Assembly: GCA_020247545.1 (NCBI GenBank)
Contig: JADCIX010000019.1
Span: 50,017-82,016 of the forward strand
DNA: 32,000 nucleotides
Source of the DNA: Rhodocyclaceae bacterium
Lineage (GTDB): Bacteria; Pseudomonadota; Gammaproteobacteria; Burkholderiales; Usitatibacteraceae
Reading direction: 5' to 3'
Every line of letters starts with the position of its first letter. Within the stretch, counting starts at the first letter, position 1. Made by a program: the position numbers and the translations under genes. The notes beneath the pieces are model-generated. The model had not been told where the DNA came from. It saw only the letters and a list, made by a program, of their open reading frames with translations, and ran no database searches. This document shows positions 25,241 through 31,547 of the stretch, one piece after another.

Positions 25241-26176
25241 CTACCCTCTCACGGCGGTCACAATCTGGGCGCGCTGCTTTTCTGTCGGCAACTCGCCAGA
25301 CATCGATGCCATGTTGTCGCGCAGATGTGTGACCTTGGATGTCGCCGGAATCGCGCACGTCACAGCGGGGTGACTCAATACGTATTTCAATAGTAGCTGT
25401 GCCCATGACGTCGCACCGATTTCCTTTGCCACCCCCGGCAGTGGCACATCTCGCAAACGGCGCAACAACTCACCGCCGGCGAATGGTCGGTTGACGATCA
25501 CCGCGATGCCGCGTTTGGCTGCGAGTGGCAGCAGACGCTGCTCAGCGCTACGCTCAGCGACCGAACAGTTGATCTGCAAAAAATCAATCGCGCCGGGTTT
25601 TTGCTTCTCAATTAGCGCAGCCACGTCGCCGTACGCGCTCTCTGTGTAATGCGTGATGCCGACATACCGAATACGACCCTCACGCTTCCAAGCTGTAAGT
25701 GTGGCCAGATGTGTGTCCACGTCGACTAGGTTATGCACCTGCATCAGATCGATCGGTTTGGTCGGGTTGGCGGCAGCAGTGGCAAGTTTTTCCATCGACG
25801 CACGCATTTGTGTGATGCCCTCCGCTTCGCCGCGCGTCCAGACTTTGGTCGCAACAAACATGTTGTCCGGAGCACCTATGGCGCGCATTAACTCGCCTGC
25901 TACTTCCTCCGAGCGACCATACATCGGTGAGGAATCGATCACACGACCACCAAGCGCCGCAAACTCGCGCAACACCTCAAGCAAAGGCGCTCGTTCAGCA
26001 GCGCTTGCACCAACGTCAAAGGTTTGCCACGTGCCAAGACCGATTGCGGGGAGTCGCTCGCCGCTTGATGGGATGGCACGGTTCAGCACTGGCGCAGCCT
26101 GCGCACGAATCGGTTTCGGCTGCAAGATCAGCGTTGCCAGAGCCGGAATAGCGGTGAGAGATTGTCGACGGTTCAT
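25241..26176 (-). CDS. Aldo/keto reductase with Tat-type signal peptide
   Basis: MNRRQSLTAIPALATLIL..AQA is a twin-arginine-like leader. AKR motifs GLGTWQTF, IDSSPMYGRSEEV, HYTESAY. Confidence 0.8.
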   Translation of the reverse strand: MNRRQSLTAIPALATLILQPKPIRAQAAPVLNRAIPSSGERLPAIGLGTWQTFDVGASAAERAPLLEVLREFAALGGRVIDSSPMYGRSEEVAGELMRAIGAPDNMFVATKVWTRGEAEGITQMRASMEKLATAAANPTKPIDLMQVHNLVDVDTHLATLTAWKREGRIRYVGITHYTESAYGDVAALIEKQKPGAIDFLQINCSVAERSAEQRLLPLAAKRGIAVIVNRPFAGGELLRRLRDVPLPGVAKEIGATSWAQLLLKYVLSHPAVTCAIPATSKVTHLRDNMASMSGELPTEKQRAQIVTAVRG

Positions 26177-26220
26177 TGTGCGCCTCCAACGCTTTGCTGG
26201 GAAATGTTAGAACAGCTCAG

Positions 26221-26619
26221 CTATTTTTTGCTCGTGGCGCGCTTGGCGCAATGTTGACGAATCCACGCAGCGAGTGTGGGCTCGTCGATTTCCCCTGCGG
26301 CGACAGCGAGCATGGCCACGGTCGCATCGGCTTGCGTTGCTTCGAGGCGGTATCCATTCATAAAGAGGAAGAGTCCAATCGCAAGAAATGCAGCACGCTT
26401 ATTGCCATCAACAAACGGATGGTTCTTCGCGAGGCCAACGGTGTATGACGCGGCAAGGTCAGCATCGTCTGGCTCGCCGTAAGCAGCAAGGTTGTCCGGC
26501 CGTGCCAGGGCGGAGTCGAGCAGGCCTTGGTCGCGCATGCCACTCAACCCGCCGTGTTCGGCAAGGCTCTCGTCATGCAGCAACAGCAAGACGCGTTTAT
26601 CGATCCAGTTCCACTTCAC
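26221..26619 (-). CDS. doc: Type II toxin, Doc (death-on-curing, Fic fold)
   Basis: Fic/Doc motif HPFVDGNKRAAF, size about 132 aa. GTG start lies 8 nt after the antitoxin stop. Confidence 0.85.
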   Translation of the reverse strand: MKWNWIDKRVLLLLHDESLAEHGGLSGMRDQGLLDSALARPDNLAAYGEPDDADLAASYTVGLAKNHPFVDGNKRAAFLAIGLFLFMNGYRLEATQADATVAMLAVAAGEIDEPTLAAWIRQHCAKRATSKK

Positions 26620-26627
26620 CGGCGCAT

Positions 26628-26852
26628 TTACTTCGCGAGTGCGCGGAAGGTGTCACGGTAATCCCGCATGAACTCGCGACCCGCTTCGACTTGTTCATCG
26701 AAGTGTGGTTGATACGGCGTCAACGTCACGCCATCAGGATTCTCAGTGAGGTAAACCGTATCGCCCTTGGCGAGCTTCAGCCGCGCCAATACTTCTTTGG
26801 GGAGGATGACGCCAACGGAGTTGCCGATCTGGGTGAGTTTGAGCGCCGACAT
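26628..26852 (-). CDS. AbrB/MazE/SpoVT-fold antitoxin (Phd-equivalent)
   Basis: N-terminal swapped-hairpin signature LTQIGNSVGVILPKEVLARLKLAKGDTVYL. 74 aa. SD GGAGG upstream of the ATG. Sits directly upstream of doc. Confidence 0.8.
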   Translation of the reverse strand: MSALKLTQIGNSVGVILPKEVLARLKLAKGDTVYLTENPDGVTLTPYQPHFDEQVEAGREFMRDYRDTFRALAK

Positions 26853-26861
26853 GTGAACCTC

Positions 26862-26920
26862 CGGACGAAGAAGCAGTTTTAACGTCCGTAATAATATCGG
26901 CTTTGCTGTCGAGAGATCAA
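26862..26920 (-). promoter_or_regulatory. Candidate promoter and operator of the antitoxin-doc operon
   Basis: On the minus strand: TTGATC (26915-26920), 18 nt, TATTAT (26891-26896). An inverted repeat CGGACG/CGTCCG (26862-26867 and 26883-26888) lies between the -10 and the SD. Confidence 0.35.
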
Positions 26921-26931
26921 ACTCGTTTATT

Positions 26932-27012
26932 GGCGGGAATTTTCAAGCAAAACAGGCTGAAGATGCCCGTGGATGCGGGGGTTTTCAAGAAAAACTCGTG
27001 GCCTCTGCCCGT
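26932..27012. repeat. 40-nt hairpin element, copy A, plus about 40 nt of flanking similarity to copy B
   Basis: ggcgggaatttt / caagcaaaacaggctg / aagatgcccgtg at 26932-26971. The following stretch ggatgcgggggttttcaag.. aligns with 29441-29481. Confidence 0.7.
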
Positions 27013-27042
27013 TCATCCCTCGCACAGTAAGATTCGAACTGA

Positions 27043-27098
27043 GCGCCATTTATGGCGCATACGTTGACAAAAGGTTGACAATGCGCCATTATTGGCGC
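27043..27098 (+). promoter_or_regulatory. hipBA promoter with two palindromic operator candidates
   Basis: Perfect palindromes GCGCCAT-TT-ATGGCGC (27043-27058) and GCGCCA-TTAT-TGGCGC (27083-27098), with centres 40 nt apart. TTGACA occurs at 27064-27069 and 27075-27080. CATTAT at 27087-27092 lies 17 nt after the first TTGACA and inside the second palindrome. Confidence 0.55.
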
Positions 27099-27350
27099 AT
27101 GAACTTAATGCCGCCCATACTTCAAGACATCAAAACAGCCAGGCTCGCCAAAGGCCTGACGCAAGAGGAATTCGCTCGCGCGGCGGGAATTCCACGGCGC
27201 ACGTATCAGCGCCTAGAAATCGGCGACCCTGGTACCCGCGTCGATACGCTGTTTCGTGCCTTACATGCGCTTGGGCTTACGCTCAAGACGGCTCCACGCG
27301 GAAGGCCAACTCTGAACGAGTTGAGTGAACTGTATGGTAACGACGCTTAA
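27099..27350 (+). CDS. hipB: HipB-like XRE-family HTH antitoxin
   Basis: HTH region LAKGLTQEEFARAAGIPRRTYQRLEIG. Immediately upstream of hipA and overlapping it. Start is uncertain among ATG 27081, 27099 and 27108. Confidence 0.8.
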   Translation: MNLMPPILQDIKTARLAKGLTQEEFARAAGIPRRTYQRLEIGDPGTRVDTLFRALHALGLTLKTAPRGRPTLNELSELYGNDA

Positions 27351-28611
27351 ACCGAGAGACACCAATCCACGCCTCAAGGCGCTGTATGTGGGAACACCAA
27401 ATGGATTGTCCGGATTGCTGGCAAAGGAGAGCCAGCACGTGTTTACCTATGCGGCCGAGGCAGTGGTCTCACTTGACCAACGCAAAGCAATCGCTTTGTC
27501 GATGCCGGTGGTCGCGGAGTCCTATCAGTCGTCGCCGATCTTTCCGGTGTTCCAAACCTCGCTTCCTGAAGGATTCCTGAAGGAGCGGATCGTCGAGCGT
27601 TTTTCCAAAACGATGCGCATAGACGATATGGCGCTACTGGCGCTGTCAGGTGGGAGCCGGATCGGGCGGCTCCGCCTGAGCACAAGTGAAGAAATGCCCG
27701 CGAACGACTTGGGCTCGGAGAGCCTGAAAGACATCCTGCAATCCGAGGGATCGCAAAACATCTTTCAGGACCTGTGCGACAAATACCTCATCACCCCCTC
27801 GGGAATTTCGGGCGTGCAGCCAAAGGTTGTGCTCAGCGCCGATGACGACGTATCGCCCCCACTACCCACGACTAAGCCAACGACTACACCAAACGCCAAG
27901 CTTTCAATAGGCGCGAAATCTACGCTTCGTGGAAAGCAACTGATCATCAAGACCGCCGGGGACGACTATCCCGGACTCGCCGAAAATGAATTTCATTGCC
28001 TGAGCATTGCCCAGAAGGCCGGACTATCCGTGCCACCGTTTTGGCTTTCCGAAGACAAAAAGCGGCTGGCGGTACAGCGCTTTGATATCGACGACGCGAC
28101 CGGGGAATTGTTCGGATTCGAGGACATGGTCTCGCTTCAAGGCAAGGTCAATGACGAGAAATACGAAGGGTCCTACGAAAACGTCGCACTCGCCATCGAG
28201 AAAAATGCATCGCCGGAGCTTGCATACGCTTCACTTAAGGAATTTTTCGAATCGATCGTACTGTCCGTCATCGTTCGCAATGGTGACGCGCATCTGAAAA
28301 ATTTTGGCTTGCTCTACACCGATCCAACCAGCGATGATTGCTGCCTGTCGCCATTATTTGATGTGGTCTGCACGACCATGTACCTACCTCGCGACCAGAT
28401 GGCATTGAAACTGGCGAAATCAAAATCTTGGCCAGATAGAAAGACACTGGTCCAGTTTGGACGGCAACACTGTCGAGTCGAGCACGCGGGAACAATCCTG
28501 GACCGGATTGCCGATGCCGCGTATGAGTACCAACCGGAAGATAGCGCCTCTGAATTGTGGCGGCAAATGCGCAGCCAGATAGAAACCGGGCTCCAGTCGA
28601 TCAGGGCCTAA
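27334..28611 (+). CDS. hipA: HipA-family serine/threonine kinase toxin
   Basis: HipA N-terminal region (KALYVGTPNGLSGLL .. IFPVFQTSLPEG), P-loop-like ISGVQPKVVL, catalytic RNGDAHLKNFGLLY and PLFDVVCT. ATG 27334 (or GTG 27325) overlaps the hipB 3' end. Confidence 0.85.
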   Translation: MVTTLKPRDTNPRLKALYVGTPNGLSGLLAKESQHVFTYAAEAVVSLDQRKAIALSMPVVAESYQSSPIFPVFQTSLPEGFLKERIVERFSKTMRIDDMALLALSGGSRIGRLRLSTSEEMPANDLGSESLKDILQSEGSQNIFQDLCDKYLITPSGISGVQPKVVLSADDDVSPPLPTTKPTTTPNAKLSIGAKSTLRGKQLIIKTAGDDYPGLAENEFHCLSIAQKAGLSVPPFWLSEDKKRLAVQRFDIDDATGELFGFEDMVSLQGKVNDEKYEGSYENVALAIEKNASPELAYASLKEFFESIVLSVIVRNGDAHLKNFGLLYTDPTSDDCCLSPLFDVVCTTMYLPRDQMALKLAKSKSWPDRKTLVQFGRQHCRVEHAGTILDRIADAAYEYQPEDSASELWRQMRSQIETGLQSIRA

Positions 28612-28615
28612 TCCG

Positions 28616-29284
28616 TCACCGCCCCTTCGCCGCTGCTTCCTTTGCAGCGCGTTCCGCATACGGGACGTACTGAACATTGTGGCGTTTGGCATGTTCCGCC
28701 AAAGGCCCATAACCAACCTCGGCGCGACGTTTATCGACGTTCGCTTCGTCTTCAATTTGCCAGAAGGTGGCGATGCCTTTTTCGTCAGTCCTAACCTGCG
28801 TACCGTAGCGTTGAGGCATGCCGGCGTACATACGCAGCCTGTCGTCGAATCTCGCAAACTCCCACTTTGGTAGATCACCACGCTCCGCCGACTTTGCAAT
28901 CATGGACTCGTAGCGCTTCATGTATTCAAGGCGCGCGTGTTGAACCACAATGAAAGCGCCGAGAACCGCTTTCTCGCCAACGTCTTTCGCGACGGGCCAG
29001 CCATGCTGCGCGACAAGCTCATCTAGCCGAGCCTGATTGGCCTTATCGACAACTTGCATCTGATCAAAAATTGCCCGCATCGCCTTTTGATCCATTCCAC
29101 GCTGAATGCCCCCGCGCAACTTCTGGTCGCTTTCAAGTAGCGCCTCAAACTCTGGCTTGAGCTCGGCGAGCTTTGAAGTCTTGCTCGCATTGTTCACCTC
29201 AGCCGATGGCGCAGCCGCTTCAGGGATTGCGGTGCAGGCGGAAATCAAGACGCACGTCATTAACGAGAGGAATAGATGCTTCAT
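28616..29284 (-). CDS. DUF6624-like lipoprotein (paralog 1)
   Basis: Lipobox in MKHLFLSLMTCVLISAC. The core pattern ..NQARLDELVAQHGWP..VGEKAV.GAF.VVQH.. RFDDRLRMY.GMPQRYGTQ .. NVDKRRAEVGYGPL matches my memory of DUF6624. ATG 29284 is preferred over the track start. Confidence 0.7.
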   Translation of the reverse strand: MKHLFLSLMTCVLISACTAIPEAAAPSAEVNNASKTSKLAELKPEFEALLESDQKLRGGIQRGMDQKAMRAIFDQMQVVDKANQARLDELVAQHGWPVAKDVGEKAVLGAFIVVQHARLEYMKRYESMIAKSAERGDLPKWEFARFDDRLRMYAGMPQRYGTQVRTDEKGIATFWQIEDEANVDKRRAEVGYGPLAEHAKRHNVQYVPYAERAAKEAAAKGR

Positions 29285-29400
29285 TCGCTGGTTCGGTTGG
29301 CTGTGGTTTGATGGATTCACAAACTGATTCTGCGGGAAAGTCATGCACGCACAAAACAAATCTACCCTGCCCTTTGAGTTAACGGCAAAAGTCTAGGTGG

Positions 29401-29481
29401 GACGGGCGTTTTCAAGCAAAACAGGCTGAAAATGCCCGTGGATGCTAGGGTTTGCCGGAAATAATTGTGGTCTGTCCCCGA
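29401..29481. repeat. 40-nt hairpin element, copy B, plus flanking similarity to copy A
   Basis: gacgggcgtttt / caagcaaaacaggctg / aaaatgcccgtg at 29401-29440. The downstream stretch ggatgctagggtttgccgg.. aligns with copies A and C. Confidence 0.7.
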
Positions 29482-29541
29482 TTATTTTAATCCTAGTCTG
29501 TACCGATTGTTCCATAATCGGTCAAAACCAAGGAGCCGCTG

Positions 29542-30402
29542 ATGCGACCAAGAATATTGCTCACGATTTGCTGGCTTTACGCGCTCCCGCTGGCGCTCGC
29601 CCCCGCACTCACGTCCGCCCAAGCCGCACCGCCGGACAAAGTCAAAGCGCAGTCCGCAGCCAAAGCCAAATCAGCGCTCGAACAAACCGCAAAAAAGCAG
29701 ATACGCGAAGTCATTGAAATTTTCCGCACGTCGATTATTGAAAAAGACAAAGCGAAATTTCTCAAGATCATCTACAACGAGTCGATTCCATGGATCGGTG
29801 TTTACGATCCCGCGACGATCGCACGCATGCGCGAGGGGAGCACTCCAGAGAGCAAACCTTCGCGGCTCGCGGTAAGCAATGTCAAGGAGTTCATCGACGG
29901 TATTTCGAAGAACCCGGGCAAGCTGGAAGAGCAATTTTCGAATATCCGCATCACCACCGACGGCAGCATTGGCAGTGTTGTATTTGATTATCGGATGTTG
30001 CAAGACGGCGTCGTCGCGAATTTCGGTGAGGAAGCATGGCAGCTTGTAAACACAGATGACGGCTGGAAGATCAACTCGGTCATTTATACGATCACACCTC
30101 CAGCCGCGTCGTCAGGAATCAAGCGAAAGGAAGTGAAGTTAGCCGCGACTGTTCTCGCTGAATACGCGGGAACTTACGAGTTCCGACCCGGCATGAATCT
30201 GGTGATCACGGCAAATGGGAATCACCTTGCGGCTAAGCTTGGTGATCAATCAAAGGTACTTTACTTTGCCGAATCAAACACCCGATTTTTCGACAAAGCA
30301 TGGGGCTCGACGCTAGAGTTTTTTCGGGATGACAAAGGCGCTATCGCGTATGCGGTTGTCACTGAAGGAAAAGCTGAGACCAGACTCAAGCGATTGCCTT
30401 AA
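29542..30402 (+). CDS. Secreted two-domain protein (NTF2/SnoaL-like N-domain, DUF3471-like C-domain)
   Basis: Signal peptide ..ALTSAQA and SD AAGGAG at 29530-29535. The N-domain resembles NTF2-like proteins (..ITTDGSIGSVVFDYRM..EEAWQLVNTDDGWKI). The C-terminal segment LAEYAGTYEF.PG..LVITANGNHLAAKLGDQ..FF.D..G resembles the domain found at beta-lactamase C-termini. The domain calls are tentative. Confidence 0.65.
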   Translation: MRPRILLTICWLYALPLALAPALTSAQAAPPDKVKAQSAAKAKSALEQTAKKQIREVIEIFRTSIIEKDKAKFLKIIYNESIPWIGVYDPATIARMREGSTPESKPSRLAVSNVKEFIDGISKNPGKLEEQFSNIRITTDGSIGSVVFDYRMLQDGVVANFGEEAWQLVNTDDGWKINSVIYTITPPAASSGIKRKEVKLAATVLAEYAGTYEFRPGMNLVITANGNHLAAKLGDQSKVLYFAESNTRFFDKAWGSTLEFFRDDKGAIAYAVVTEGKAETRLKRLP

Positions 30403-30462
30403 TTTGTCCCACCGAAAAACTCTCGTCCCTGTCCTTCCAACAAACTAGCGAGACATACGATG

Positions 30463-30545
30463 GACTGGAATCCAGCCTCCGCTGGAATGACGGCATTAGA
30501 GACAGCCTTAAACCCGTCGTCCCAGCGCAGGCTGGGACCCAGCCC
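30463..30545. repeat. REP-like double-hairpin extragenic element
   Basis: TCCAGC-CTCC-GCTGGA (30471-30486) and GTCCCAGC-GCAG-GCTGGGAC (30519-30538), between convergent genes. It resembles the widespread ..ggaatccagc..gctggaatgacgg.. palindromic repeats whose translation gives spurious ..PA.AGMT.. peptides. Confidence 0.6.
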
Positions 30546-30553
30546 CTCCAAAA

Positions 30554-31060
30554 TCAAGGCCGCTGCCGCACACCATCGACCAGCACAACTTCCTTACCCA
30601 TCGCGCGAGCGCAATCCGCAGCAAGCAGGGATGCCTCCGTCTCGTTGTTTGTAACGAGCACAGAGTACCCGTTCCGTCCGCCGAGAGACAAGTTCACTTC
30701 AATAGGACCGTCGTCGTTGTCACTATTCGTTTTGAGTTCGACGTGGCGCACATGTTTGTAACCCGCAATCACCTTGGAGCCGAGCCTAACGCACTCTTTC
30801 GCGTTGTCGAATTCGAGGTCTGGATCAAACCGAGTAATGATAAAAAACGCTATCGCCCAAACCACCACTACACCGGCGATGTATGGGGCCCACTCCAATT
30901 GAGACTCAAAGCTATATTCAAAAAAATCCAACTTGACCCAAGCATAAACGAGCGCGAAAGGTGCTGACATAACGGCACGCATCCAGCGCGGAACATGTAC
31001 GACCAGATTTCCCCTAGCGTTGGTCGAAACGGTCGCGTACATTGAATCCAGAAATGGCAT
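30554..31060 (-). CDS. Hypothetical membrane protein (2 TM + about 90-aa soluble C-domain)
   Basis: 168-aa ORF with hydrophobic segments SAPFALVYAWVKL and WAPYIAGVVVVWAIAFFII. No family recognised. The region is visibly more AT-rich than its neighbours. Confidence 0.55.
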   Translation of the reverse strand: MPFLDSMYATVSTNARGNLVVHVPRWMRAVMSAPFALVYAWVKLDFFEYSFESQLEWAPYIAGVVVVWAIAFFIITRFDPDLEFDNAKECVRLGSKVIAGYKHVRHVELKTNSDNDDGPIEVNLSLGGRNGYSVLVTNNETEASLLAADCARAMGKEVVLVDGVRQRP

Positions 31061-31124
31061 GGCGGTAGTGATGCTCTCGGCGTAGACAGGGCAGCTCAGT
31101 CTATCCCCGATTATTCGCTAGCAC

Positions 31125-31472
31125 TTATTTCTCTGCCTCAAACGCACGCTCACTTGCTCGCCAGCCTACCCACCAAAGCGGCCAAACAACTGGCATGAGA
31201 AGGATAATCCACACTCCGCTTCCACAACCACCGCCGCCACAAGTCGCACTCACGAACGCGAAGTATGCGATGGGTAGCCCGGGGGACAAAAGGGCTCCGA
31301 AGGTGTGGCATGCGATGGCCTTTGATAGTTCATTTGGCTGAGCGACCTTTTGGCGGCGCTTCTTCCGGTACAAGAGGAGGAGAGCAATGGACGAAGGGCC
31401 AAAGAACATCAGCGCGACTACGATGGTAAACACGTAGAAGATTATGGTGTCGATCATGCTAGGGCTAGACAT
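31125..31472 (-). CDS. Hypothetical small membrane protein (3 TM, Gly/Cys-rich loop)
   Basis: 115-aa ORF. Segments IIFYVFTIVVALMFFGPSSIALLLL, LPIAYFAFVSA, a CGGGGCGSG loop, and WIILLMPVVWPLWWVGW. No family recognised. Confidence 0.5.
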   Translation of the reverse strand: MSSPSMIDTIIFYVFTIVVALMFFGPSSIALLLLYRKKRRQKVAQPNELSKAIACHTFGALLSPGLPIAYFAFVSATCGGGGCGSGVWIILLMPVVWPLWWVGWRASERAFEAEK

Positions 31473-31547
31473 AAACTCAAAGGAGATAGGGTTGATGTAT
31501 TGGAACCGAAAGAACTTCGAGCCTCGCCCGCTTAATCACCAGCTTGC

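Noticed and set aside
25653-26210. 185-aa + ORF
   Set aside because: It is antisense to the aldo/keto reductase gene.
26388-26882. 164-aa + ORF
   Set aside because: It is antisense to both doc and its antitoxin.
28420-28899. 159-aa minus ORF and its twin at 31532..31840
   Set aside because: These are alternative frames of the duplicated DUF6624-like genes. They recur only because the DNA is duplicated.
30460-30654. 64-aa + ORF MDWNPASAGMT..
   Set aside because: It is a translation of the REP-like palindromes, a classic artefact. It also runs antisense into the next gene.
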